A stretch of DNA of 64,000 nucleotides from an uncultured cyanobacterium (lineage in GTDB: Bacteria; Cyanobacteriota; Cyanobacteriia; Cyanobacteriales; CAWUOF01), in assembly GCA_963744145.1 (NCBI GenBank), contig CAVUSO010000001.1, positions 5,472,001-5,536,000 on the forward strand, read 5' to 3'. Positions 49,223 through 59,193 of this stretch are shown here, piece after piece. A program made the translations under genes and the position numbers. The notes under the pieces are model-generated. The model did no database searches. It saw only the letters and a list, made by a program, of their open reading frames with translations, and was not told where the DNA came from. Positions within the stretch are counted from its first letter, which is position 1. Every line of letters starts with the position of its first letter.

Positions 49223-50728
49223 ATGTCGCAATTGCTGAAATTATGTTCGAGGGGATGGCGCAAACTCGTTGTTCTGGGGTTAAGCGTCATGTTTTTAGTG
49301 ATCACATTACCCGCTTTTGCAGTTCGGACTCCACAGCAGAATATGCAGCAGCTAGATCACTATATTGAGCAAGCAATTGAAAAAACTGAAGCAAAAGATT
49401 TGCAACAAGCAGCAACGATATTTGAAAAATACCGTACTGAGTGGTTTGATGTGGAAGATGGAGTAAAAGGAAATTCCCGTCAAGCTTATAAAGAAATTGA
49501 ACAGGTAATGGGTGAAGTAAAATTTGCCTTTTCTAATCAACCACCCGATCGGGTGGAAATATTAAAATCCCTAAATCAGTTACATCAAGTCAATCAAACA
49601 TTTATCAATGGTAGATTTAAGGCTACAGAAAGCACCCCATCAGCTCCGACTAAAGTCACTGTCAAAACTCTAATTGAAAGACTTAATCGCGCCGAAACTG
49701 CGATCGCGAATCAGGATATTTCTACAGCGGTGACAGAAATAAAACAATTTCAGACTGATTGGTTAGAAGTAGAAGGAATAGTTGCGACTAAATCGAAAGA
49801 TGCTTATGTAAATATTGAAAACAACATGGGGAAAGCTTATGGTTTTCTCAATGCTAGTACCCCAGATATCAAAGCTGCTGAAAATGCGATCGGAGAATTA
49901 AAACAAGACTTACAACCTTATGCAAGTGAAGATTTGCGCTATAATTTTGTTGATGCGGCGCTGATTTTAATCCGAGAAGGGATGGAAGCGTTATTAGTTC
50001 TAATTGCTCTACTTGCTTTCCTGAACAAAAGTGGTAACAGTCATCAAACCCGTTGGCTGTGGTTAGGAACAGGATTAGGAGTTATTGCTTCAATTATTAC
50101 CGGAGTAGTAATTCAAATATTTTTTGCTAATCTAACTGGTGCTGGTGCTAATCGAGAAATGTTGGAAGGTTTTACTGGTCTTATTGCCGCAACGATGCTA
50201 TTTTATATTAGCTATTGGCTGCATAGTAAATCATCCCTAGATGCGTGGCAAGGATATATCCGCAACCAAGCAACTTCTGCTCTAGCATCGCAAAGTGTCT
50301 TTTCCCTATCCTTATTAGCATTCTTAGCAGTTTTTCGGGAAGGAGGAGAAACCGTATTATTTTATATAGGGATTGCTCCTTCGATTAGTAATGCGGACTT
50401 AATAGGAGGTTTAGCCCTAGGTACAATTATTTTAGTAATAGCCGCTATTCTGATTTTAGGTTTAGGCTTAAAAATTCCCTTGAAACCCTTTTTCCTCATT
50501 ACCAGCTTGCTAATTTATTACTTAGGATTCAAATTTGTAGGTAGTGGAATTCACGCTTTACAAGTTGCTAAAATAATTTCCACCAATCCGGCTAATTTCT
50601 TGCCTAATTGGGAACCACTTGGTTTGTATCCTACTTGGGAAACAACTTTGGTACAGATATCAATTCTTTTAGTAGCTTTAGCATTGGTCTGGCTCAATCG
50701 TTCGCGAGAACTGAAAAAGCTCGCTTAA
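49223..50728 (+). CDS. FTR1-family iron permease with two N-terminal extracytoplasmic helical domains
   Basis: Signal peptide; two RExxE motifs (IREGMEA, FREGGET); about 7 TM helices. Confidence 0.92.
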   Translation: MSQLLKLCSRGWRKLVVLGLSVMFLVITLPAFAVRTPQQNMQQLDHYIEQAIEKTEAKDLQQAATIFEKYRTEWFDVEDGVKGNSRQAYKEIEQVMGEVKFAFSNQPPDRVEILKSLNQLHQVNQTFINGRFKATESTPSAPTKVTVKTLIERLNRAETAIANQDISTAVTEIKQFQTDWLEVEGIVATKSKDAYVNIENNMGKAYGFLNASTPDIKAAENAIGELKQDLQPYASEDLRYNFVDAALILIREGMEALLVLIALLAFLNKSGNSHQTRWLWLGTGLGVIASIITGVVIQIFFANLTGAGANREMLEGFTGLIAATMLFYISYWLHSKSSLDAWQGYIRNQATSALASQSVFSLSLLAFLAVFREGGETVLFYIGIAPSISNADLIGGLALGTIILVIAAILILGLGLKIPLKPFFLITSLLIYYLGFKFVGSGIHALQVAKIISTNPANFLPNWEPLGLYPTWETTLVQISILLVALALVWLNRSRELKKLA

Positions 50729-50764
50729 ACATCAGAAAATTCAACTCATATTCAGGCATTAACT

Positions 50765-51217
50765 ATGTTCCGTTCACCTTTTAATTTGCTCAAAAGTCTC
50801 TTGATTGTTGTAGTTCTTACCGCTTGTAGCAGTCCACCTCCTCCACCTGTAAGTTCTCCATCAGCTCCACCTACTGCTAATCCAACTGTTGCTCCACCCA
50901 AATCAGAAGCTACCGCAGCCGATCCTCAGAAAGTTTTAGGGCAAATGCAAGAAATTTTGTCAAAAACTCAAGCCGCAGTGAAAGCTAATGACTTTGCTAA
51001 AGCTCAGGAAACTTATAAAGATTTTGATGACGGTTATTGGAGCAAAATTGAAGATGGTGTCAAAGCTAAATCTAAACAAAGTTATGAGCAAATTGAAGAT
51101 GGCATGAATAGTGTCTCTAATAATCTAAAAGCGACTAAGCCTGATCAAGCAAAAACGATCGCAGCGATCGAATCTTTCACAAAAACTCTTAATGCTTATC
51201 AGAGCAGCTTGAAATAG
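50765..51217 (+). CDS. Lipoprotein homologous to the FTR1 N-terminal domains
   Basis: Lipobox VLTAC, Pro-rich linker, WSKIEDGVKAKSKQSYEQIE. Confidence 0.8.
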   Translation: MFRSPFNLLKSLLIVVVLTACSSPPPPPVSSPSAPPTANPTVAPPKSEATAADPQKVLGQMQEILSKTQAAVKANDFAKAQETYKDFDDGYWSKIEDGVKAKSKQSYEQIEDGMNSVSNNLKATKPDQAKTIAAIESFTKTLNAYQSSLK

Positions 51218-51344
51218 TAGGGCAGGTGTGGCTTAGGCGATCGCTAACTAATAGGGAATTGCGATCGCCTATTTTCGCTCAAAAATAGGTTCTAAATTAC
51301 CCAAATTTTCCAAAATTATTCAAATATTTGGCCAATTTGACGAC

Positions 51345-53123
51345 TTAGAAATTCAAAGTAGTTCTCAGGACAGCAGCAAAGACATCAGGATTACGTGCAT
51401 CGTGATTAGGTGCAGTTAACCAGAGCAAACCAGGGGTAATCGAGATATGGTCATTGAGTCGATGGGCATAAAATGCTTCAATGTGGTATCCAACATTACG
51501 ATCGTTTCGTTGTCCTGGGGGAAAGCCGATCGCCCGGGCCAACTCAGCGTTGCTCGTCCCAGCTAGTCTGGGTTGGATACCGAGAATTAAGCCAGCTAAA
51601 TTTCCTTTTTTAACTAAATCGGGAAAAATGATATTCACCCGGTAGTCCCAGATCGAAGCATCACCACGATTTCCGGATTGGAGAGCGCGAGCCGCTAAGT
51701 AGGCAACCGAGCCACCTAATTGGAATTTTGGTGAAAAGTCATAGAAACCTGCCAGCAAATAAGTATTGGCGCTCAGTGGACCGATATTGCTCAGGTGAGA
51801 AGCGTTACTACCGGATAGGGTATTGACGGAATTCAAGGAGTAGGCATTGAGATAGGAGAAAGCTAATTTCAAGCGACCAAAATAAAATACTGGCTCGAAT
51901 GTCGCAGTATAGCCACCTTTCTGGAATCCTACACTGGGATCGTTGCCAGTGAAGTCTGTTCCCAAGGAAACCACCATATTTACCCAGGGGGCAGGCTCCC
52001 AGCCGACCGAGATGGTAGACTGCTGATAGGTAGAGTAAATCAGAGAGTTGATTTTACCGTAATAAGATACAGGACCAGTCGTCGAGTTATTTAATGGAGT
52101 AATCGGCGCACCGACATCCCTAGTGCTGGAATAAGCACCAAGAAAAACTGTCAACTCCTTGTTAATTGGGAAACTATAGGATAAGTCGTTGAGGCTGATT
52201 TCTGAGGGAGGGTTTGACCTCATTCTGGCTTCATCAGTAAAACCATTTAAGACCATACTACCGCCTTGAGGAAATTTGGTGGCTGTAGTAAATGGTTGGA
52301 GATTGCCAGTTCGCAAAGAAACTGCTAAATTGTCCTTACCAGTGAAACTGCTATTTAAGTTGAGGACGGTATCATTACCAAAGGTAGCATGATTAGCCGG
52401 ACCGGCAGTTTTACCAAAAGCATCACCCAGATACGTGATTACTCGACCCGTTAGTTTAGTTGTCGGTGAAAAGCGTTGGGCTTCCAGAGCTGCTGTTTTT
52501 GTGGCTAATGTATCGATTCTCTTTGATAGATTAGCTAGTTCGCTCGCAAAGTTCTCTTGGAGCTTTTGGATTATGCCTAAATCCTCTTTACTTATCCCTG
52601 CCGATCGATTGGCAATGATTTGATTAATTTGTTCCAAACATTTGTTTAACCCAGCCGCAAACTCGTAACGAGTCATGCTCCGGTTTCCCTGATAGGTGCG
52701 GTTTGGATAACCCGCAATACAACCATATCGTTCCACTAAGGATTGCAAAGCTACAAAAGCCCAATCTGTTGGTTGAACATCCCTTAATTGAGAAACCGAG
52801 GTCACCTGTTCTAAAGAGTCAGTTGGCTCGGATAAGTCGGAATCAATACTATCTGTTAACTCCAGATTTGGTTGGAGTTCTTCCCTGGATAGTTGTTCAA
52901 CCCGATCGGCTGGAGAAATAGTTAATTTTTGAGTAAGGGAAACATTTTCCGCTATTTTCACTTGGTGATCGGCAAGTTGAGTAACTGAAGGTTCGTCAAT
53001 TGTAGATGTTTTTTTACTTAGAGGAAAATCTGCGGCTATGGCATTAACTGAATATAGCAGACCCCCAGAAATCGTTAAAACTCTTGGAAAAATCTTACCA
53101 AAAAGTTTCTGCATTTTCTCCAC
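51345..53123 (-). CDS. Cyanobacterial SLH-domain porin (iron-uptake/OprB-like)
   Basis: QVTSVSQLRDVQPTDWAF..LQSLVERYGC SLH; QRFSPTTKL.G; C-terminal LRTTLNF. Confidence 0.93.
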   Translation of the reverse strand: MEKMQKLFGKIFPRVLTISGGLLYSVNAIAADFPLSKKTSTIDEPSVTQLADHQVKIAENVSLTQKLTISPADRVEQLSREELQPNLELTDSIDSDLSEPTDSLEQVTSVSQLRDVQPTDWAFVALQSLVERYGCIAGYPNRTYQGNRSMTRYEFAAGLNKCLEQINQIIANRSAGISKEDLGIIQKLQENFASELANLSKRIDTLATKTAALEAQRFSPTTKLTGRVITYLGDAFGKTAGPANHATFGNDTVLNLNSSFTGKDNLAVSLRTGNLQPFTTATKFPQGGSMVLNGFTDEARMRSNPPSEISLNDLSYSFPINKELTVFLGAYSSTRDVGAPITPLNNSTTGPVSYYGKINSLIYSTYQQSTISVGWEPAPWVNMVVSLGTDFTGNDPSVGFQKGGYTATFEPVFYFGRLKLAFSYLNAYSLNSVNTLSGSNASHLSNIGPLSANTYLLAGFYDFSPKFQLGGSVAYLAARALQSGNRGDASIWDYRVNIIFPDLVKKGNLAGLILGIQPRLAGTSNAELARAIGFPPGQRNDRNVGYHIEAFYAHRLNDHISITPGLLWLTAPNHDARNPDVFAAVLRTTLNF

Positions 53124-53193
53124 CCCCTACATTTTAAGCTAAATCTCAAATCAGGCTGAATCTTTGATTGTTTCCGACTATAAGCGAGACAGA

Positions 53194-54906
53194 TTACCTA
53201 TAGATATAGACCAATCTTAACTGACGAGTTAATTCTGATTGCACTTCACCTTTGACACGGTTTCCCCGTTGACATTGTTCCAACTTAATATTGTCAACGT
53301 AGAATTTTATGTTGTACTCCATATTACCGACCGCGATATCACCCCCTGCTCCTGAATATGCAGTAGTCCAAATTCGGGGAGTTTGCCAGGATGATTCAGT
53401 ACTTTTAAACCGTTCATTAATCCATTTCATCATGTCTTTTACATAGTCATCTAGTTTCCTTTCATCGATACCTGATTTAGAAATCTTCAGAAACAACTTA
53501 TTCATTCTTAGCTTCAATAAGTCAATCTTTTTCTCCCATTCCTCGGTCAAATAAATCGGGTCTTTTTCGTTTAATTCAGGATTTTTTGACCAAATTGTAT
53601 ACCAGTCTCTCACTAAACTAATTAAGTTAGTTTCTCCAGCCTCAGCTTCGATTTCTTTTAACCCAGCTACTCGCTGATTTCCCTGACGCTCTCTGACTAG
53701 CTCCAACCCGGCCATTTTCGCTATTTCTAGGTAATAACCTTGAACTTTTCTAACTTCTTCTGACTCTAATCCACCTTTTTCTAGGACTTGGATTTTCTCA
53801 ATCAAAGTTCCAAAGGATTGTTGAATTTGGATGATTTGACTATTAACTTTTCTTTCTGCGATTAAACGCTCTCGTCCAAATTGTTTTCTCCGATGTTCGC
53901 GATCGCTGAGTTCTGGCTCATCTGGAATATCAACAAAGTTATAATAAATCTCCATATACTTCAGTTTTTCATCGATATCTCCTAAAGTATCTGGATGAGC
54001 AAAGACAACTCCTCTGAGAATTTCGATGACTTTGGATTGGACATAATCAGCTCTCATCGTCATCGTGACTGAATAATAATAATGAGGCGAAGGACGACTG
54101 AGGTTAGTTATGCTTTGGTTTTGCATATTTGCATTGGGAACAAATACTTCGCAATCCGTTTCTACTAATAGTAATTGAGTCAACCGGATGCCAATTTTTT
54201 TGATGATCGCCAATTCACCACCAGGCATAACAATCACATCACCAAATTGAAAAGGCGAATCTATCAATAAAACTAGGCCACTGAAAAAATTAGCTAAAAT
54301 ATCTTTTAGGGCAAAACCGATGACAACAGTAGCACCTCCCAGGGTCACCCAAAGTCCACTCAAATCAATTCCTAAGGATTGAATGAAAAATAGGATGCCA
54401 AACACGTAGATGACAGAAGGAATCGTATTTTCCAACAGGGGAATTAATACGTCATCCCACATGGCTTCACTTTGTTGGGCATATTTTTTCAAGTAGTAGG
54501 CAATTACTTGAGTAAAAAGCTGAGATATCCAATAACTTCCTACTAAAACAATTAACCCTGTCAATCCCTGTTCCAGCCAACCAACTACTGATACAGCCTG
54601 AAATCGATAGAAAGCATATTTCAGACTGAGAGCGACTACCGATATTAAAAAAGGAGTTTGGGAAATATTGAGAGCAATCAGTCCAATTTCTTTTTCGTAG
54701 CGACGCAAGACGAAGCGCAGTCCTTGGAACAGGACGACATAGAGGACCAATCCAATAATTAATGCTAAACCTAAATTGAACCCAAAAGCTAAAATCTGTT
54801 CATTAAGTGATTCTGACAATATTGGATCTGGGATAACAGGTGGTTTAATCGGTATGGGTGTGGGTGATCCTGTTTCCTCTGGTGTCTGGGCGAGAATAAA
54901 CATCAT
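53194..54906 (-). CDS. MscS family mechanosensitive channel with long C-terminal extension
   Basis: GFALKDILANFFSG....D.PF..GD and VPN. Confidence 0.9.
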   Translation of the reverse strand: MMFILAQTPEETGSPTPIPIKPPVIPDPILSESLNEQILAFGFNLGLALIIGLVLYVVLFQGLRFVLRRYEKEIGLIALNISQTPFLISVVALSLKYAFYRFQAVSVVGWLEQGLTGLIVLVGSYWISQLFTQVIAYYLKKYAQQSEAMWDDVLIPLLENTIPSVIYVFGILFFIQSLGIDLSGLWVTLGGATVVIGFALKDILANFFSGLVLLIDSPFQFGDVIVMPGGELAIIKKIGIRLTQLLLVETDCEVFVPNANMQNQSITNLSRPSPHYYYSVTMTMRADYVQSKVIEILRGVVFAHPDTLGDIDEKLKYMEIYYNFVDIPDEPELSDREHRRKQFGRERLIAERKVNSQIIQIQQSFGTLIEKIQVLEKGGLESEEVRKVQGYYLEIAKMAGLELVRERQGNQRVAGLKEIEAEAGETNLISLVRDWYTIWSKNPELNEKDPIYLTEEWEKKIDLLKLRMNKLFLKISKSGIDERKLDDYVKDMMKWINERFKSTESSWQTPRIWTTAYSGAGGDIAVGNMEYNIKFYVDNIKLEQCQRGNRVKGEVQSELTRQLRLVYIYR

Positions 54907-55084
54907 CTGACTTCCTCATGATGGGCTAAATTGTTGGCATCAAGAACCTATCTGTTTGACTGTGATCAGAAGTAATTTACTATTGAGCTGCAACATTAAC
55001 GAGTTTGGAGCTAGCGGTTGTTAGGCCGCTCGCCAACAAATGTGAACATATAAACACGAACATCCTGCGATCGGATGCTGGGCT

Positions 55085-55220
55085 ACCCCAAGTATAGATG
55101 GCATTTATATTAGTCCACCTCTGGCAGCGAACTCCCATGACGCATCCACTTAGCATACGCTTGTGCATCGGTAAAGGCAATATGGACGACTGGATAATTT
55201 TCTTGACTTCGTAGCGTCAT
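55085..55220 (-). pseudogene. Remnant of a formylglycine-generating enzyme (FGE/SUMF1) family gene
   Basis: Three frames give NYPVVHIAFTDAQAYAKW, WEFAARGGL and NAIYTWG; the RLPTEAE segment is missing. Confidence 0.75.
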
Positions 55221-55221
55221 C

Positions 55222-56784
55222 CTACAATTCCGATGTAACCGGATTTGCTCTCATGGCCAAAGCTCTGGCTGTATCGCGCACTATATTTAATACAGCATCG
55301 ATATCAGCACGAGTAGTGCGGAAATTGACCAGACAAGCACGCAAGGCATAACGTTTAGATATAGTAGTATTGGAAAGGTAAGCTTTTCCATTAGACTGGA
55401 CTGCATATAAAATTTGAGCATTTATTTGATCGAGTTCAATATTGATCGTCTCACTCTCTATTTCGGCTGCTGATTGCAGTTTAGTACGCAGGGAAATTGG
55501 TACATAACGAAAACAGCAAATGCTTAACTCTACTGGTGCAAGCAGTTCAAAATCTTCTGCTGCACTCACACATTCACCGAAATATTCTGCCAAACTATTA
55601 TTCTCAATAATTGCCGCACGGATGCGCCTGACCCCGTAATAACGTATCAACATCCAGAGTTTTAAAGCTCGAAATCGCCGGGAAAGTTCGATGCTATAAT
55701 CCCAAAAAACAAAAGATTCAGCATTAGTCTCCTCATGCAGTTGAAGATATTCTCCCAGATTAAATGACAAAGCACTGCGAACTAAAGCAGCATCGCGCAA
55801 CAACAGACAACCACAATCAATCGGTGTATACAGCCATTTATGGGCATCGACAGCAACCGAATCCGCTCGCTCAATTCCCTCCAATAGAGAGCATTTGTGC
55901 GGATCTAATGCAGCTAAGGCTCCATAAGCACCGTCAACATGAAACCAAAGTTGATATTCCTCAGCCACCTCCGCAATTTCGGCCAAGGAATCTACAGCAC
56001 CTGTAGCAGTTATACCAGCATTCCCTACTACACAAAACGGTCGGAGTCCTTTATGCAAGTCAGTTTCTATGCACTGACGTAAGCTCGATATATCAACTCG
56101 GAACTTAGCATCGCATTTGACCGCACGGAATTGCTCGCGCCCTAATCCCAGAATATCAGCCATTTTGGGAATGGAAAAGTGCGTGCGATCGGAGCCATAA
56201 ATAGTCATTGGCGCTTCAGTATGCCACAAACCTTTTTCTGAAACTAAATTAGATGATTTGACTCGATGGGCGCTCAGTAAAGCAGTTAAGTTCGCGATCG
56301 AACCCCCGCTGGTAAGAAAACCCGATGCAGAATCCCCATAACCAATCAGGGAACCCAACCAACGCACTACCATCTTTTCTAATTCTGTTGCTGCTGGTGC
56401 GGCTCGCCAAGAGTTAACATTGGGATTAAGTGCTGATGCGATCAAATCTGCACAAGCTCCTACTGGAGTAGAAACTGAGGCAATATAACCCAAGAAGCGC
56501 GGATGTCCTGTGTGACGAGTTGCGCCAAAGATCGAGCGACAATCATCCATCAACTGCTCTAAGGAATCGCCTTCTTCAGGTAACTCAGAACTTAATTGCC
56601 CCGCTAATTTTTGGGCACAATTGTATTCAAAAAGTGGAATTTCAGAAAGATGGGTGAAATAGTCGGTCACCAGTGCCATAGATTGCGTCATGAGTTCTTG
56701 CAATGCCTTTTCCGTCAGGTCTAGGGATGAGGAAGACACGCTAGGTTTTGCTTCTATATTGGCATTGCTGTTTGAGTAGTTCAT
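55222..56784 (-). CDS. Group II PLP-dependent (aromatic-L-amino-acid-type) decarboxylase
   Basis: HPRFLGY, SGGSIAN, HFSI.K, WFHVDGAYG, DAHKWL (PLP Lys) and SRRFRALKLW. Confidence 0.92.
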   Translation of the reverse strand: MNYSNSNANIEAKPSVSSSSLDLTEKALQELMTQSMALVTDYFTHLSEIPLFEYNCAQKLAGQLSSELPEEGDSLEQLMDDCRSIFGATRHTGHPRFLGYIASVSTPVGACADLIASALNPNVNSWRAAPAATELEKMVVRWLGSLIGYGDSASGFLTSGGSIANLTALLSAHRVKSSNLVSEKGLWHTEAPMTIYGSDRTHFSIPKMADILGLGREQFRAVKCDAKFRVDISSLRQCIETDLHKGLRPFCVVGNAGITATGAVDSLAEIAEVAEEYQLWFHVDGAYGALAALDPHKCSLLEGIERADSVAVDAHKWLYTPIDCGCLLLRDAALVRSALSFNLGEYLQLHEETNAESFVFWDYSIELSRRFRALKLWMLIRYYGVRRIRAAIIENNSLAEYFGECVSAAEDFELLAPVELSICCFRYVPISLRTKLQSAAEIESETINIELDQINAQILYAVQSNGKAYLSNTTISKRYALRACLVNFRTTRADIDAVLNIVRDTARALAMRANPVTSEL

Positions 56785-56813
56785 CTAATTATTTTGGCGA
56801 TATTGTGTTATTT

Positions 56814-57691
56814 TTACCCATCTATGGCAGGTAAATTTCCTCCATTTTTGACCCAATTGGCACAGGCTAGATCTAATTTTTGAGCCATCAGCTCTTCATA
56901 TCGATCTAACTGGCGATCGCTTAACCAATTTTGCCACCGCCCATTAGTACCTCTGTAAATAAATCGATGTTTTTCAAAATCGCGATGCTCAAACTTTTCT
57001 GAGTTTTCTCTCATGTAAGCTAAGGAAGATTTATCTAAAATCATTTCTGCTTTTTTACTGTCTAGATTATTAATATCTATAAACTCAGCAATTTTTTTAA
57101 CTTGAGCAATTTTATCATGGATTAAATCGGCATAGTGAACTAGCAGAACATTAGACAAATACCTGAATTGCCACCAACTCTTGATAAATTCAAAAAATCC
57201 CAGTAAGGCATTCCAGTTTCTATCCATTTGTCCCAAAATGCTCCAAAATTATCTGGTATATTGTACCACCTAACGGGAGAAGTAAGCAGGGCTTCTGGAG
57301 TCAAAGCATGAAGGTGATTAAACAAAGACATTCCCACGTCTCTAGCATCTCTAACCAAACAAATATATTTCCATTCAGGATAATAGGGCAAAGCTTCCAA
57401 AGACAGGTGACTCTTTAAAAATCTTCGCTGGGTTAAATTTTCTATTAGTTCAATCTTTGGCTCCAATGGCTCACCAGTATGCTCTACCCAAGGACTTAAG
57501 TCATGGAGATACTTAAAATCATCGTGACCGTTAACTAAAAGATTAACGATTTGTTGGGTTAATGTAGTCCCTGATTTATAACAAGAAATAATCACAATAT
57601 CGTCTTGGCGCGGTGTAATCATATCCCAGATCGTGGAGTCTCGCAAGAAGTCTTTGACAACTTTTCTTTTGATTAGCGGTATTAAGGACAT
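56814..57691 (-). pseudogene. PAPS-dependent (SULT-type) sulfotransferase split by a single-base frameshift
   Basis: ORF1 has YKSGTT, KSHL and RDARDVGMS; ORF2 has SWW...NVLLVHYADL and F.YRGTNGRW; junction at the A6 run 57192-57197. Confidence 0.85.
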
Positions 57692-57840
57692 AATTTTTAA
57701 TTTACTCCGGATCTCTGGGATCTGTGGTAAAAAAGGGTAAAAAGTATCTTAAGCTACAAATTTTTGGTTAATGAGGGCGGAAATGCTCGCTGTTCAGGCA
57801 ATATAAATCTTATTTATAACCATAAATCCGGGAGAGCCGC

Positions 57841-58866
57841 TTAGATAGGAACTAATTCAATCAGAATAGCGAAATTTTCGAGCCAGAAATTACGTACCCA
57901 TTTAAACCCAGATTTTTCAAATATTTCTCTATATTCTATCTCAGTAGATATCTTGCCACTGCCCAGACATAGCTCAAATATATCTATCCATTTTGCCTGA
58001 TGGAATTGGTCTCCTGGAGTAATCAACAAATCAATGACTAATAATTTACCTGTCTGGGGTATAGCTTGACGTACATTCTGGAGAATTTTTGAGCAGTTAT
58101 TGCTATCCCAATCTGCCAGAACTAGTGATAATATATACAGATCGCCACCAGTAGGTACAGATTTAAACATATCTCCACCTACTACTTCGCATTGGTGGGC
58201 TACTTCTTCTATGTCCAGAACCTTTGTTCCTTTAGTAAATGTTTCTGGTAGATCGAAAAGTATACCCTGCAAATGCGGGTTATTCTTCAGAATCAATGAA
58301 ATCAATAAACCTTTCCCACCTCCTACATCTACCACCTTACTAAAGTTAGAAAAGTCGTAAAATTTCATTAATGATATAAATAAACTTTTGGTTAAATTAA
58401 CCATTGCATTATCAGCTATAGCCTTGGCTTCAGGATGCTTGGTTAAATATTCCCAGTAGCTGTTGGCTGAGTAACGATCGCTGATTGCAGGTTTACCCTC
58501 TTTCACAGAGCGATACATTTCCCCTATACTACCCCAAACCCACTCTTCACTATTCATTATGGCCAAGTAATGTAAAGATTCAGGATGGTCTTTTTGGAGA
58601 TATTTTCCTATGGGAGTTAGAGCAAATCGCTGGGGAGCAATTTCAGTAAAAATACCTACACTAGCCAGGGCACGAAGTAGTCGATCAAGAGATGGGGCAT
58701 GGCTATCACTAGCTTTAGCTAGTTCATCAATATTTTCAGCCCCGTCTTTTAGCAAGTCAGGGATACCTAATTTCACAGCTACATTGATTGCTTGTGAAAT
58801 TCGTGCGCCGCTAAACAGCCTAGTTAGAATAGTAAAAGCACTCTCAGGTGATTCATTGATCATCAT
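57841..58866 (-). CDS. SAM-dependent methyltransferase (Methyltransf_2, COMT/ASMT-like) with dimerisation domain
   Basis: L.RLLRALASVG.F, VVDVGGGKG, LFDLP and GDMF..VP..D; ATG at 58866. Confidence 0.9.
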   Translation of the reverse strand: MMINESPESAFTILTRLFSGARISQAINVAVKLGIPDLLKDGAENIDELAKASDSHAPSLDRLLRALASVGIFTEIAPQRFALTPIGKYLQKDHPESLHYLAIMNSEEWVWGSIGEMYRSVKEGKPAISDRYSANSYWEYLTKHPEAKAIADNAMVNLTKSLFISLMKFYDFSNFSKVVDVGGGKGLLISLILKNNPHLQGILFDLPETFTKGTKVLDIEEVAHQCEVVGGDMFKSVPTGGDLYILSLVLADWDSNNCSKILQNVRQAIPQTGKLLVIDLLITPGDQFHQAKWIDIFELCLGSGKISTEIEYREIFEKSGFKWVRNFWLENFAILIELVPI

Positions 58867-59193
58867 GTTATTTTTTTCCCTTAATCGGCCCAAAACTAGC
58901 GAAGCTGATCTAAACCGCCAAGTAGCGCAAAGTAGTAATGAAAAACTACACACAGTAAGGATTGTATCACTCAACTTAATAGAGTGTTGGTGACTTAAGT
59001 TTCATAGCACAACTTGTCTAACCTATTGACAGTCTGTAAATCAACCGTTACATCTATTTACATAAAGAAACAAAAGAGGGAAAAAGACAAATGTAACCAT
59101 TGATGAAAAAGGCATTTTGAACAACTACGCTGCTGAACCACCCATTTACTTTGCTGAGAACCCTTCACTTGAACAACGTCAGTTTGACGAATA

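Noticed and set aside
54980..55180. 66-aa ORF as a real gene
   Set aside because: Better explained as one frame of the decayed FGE remnant
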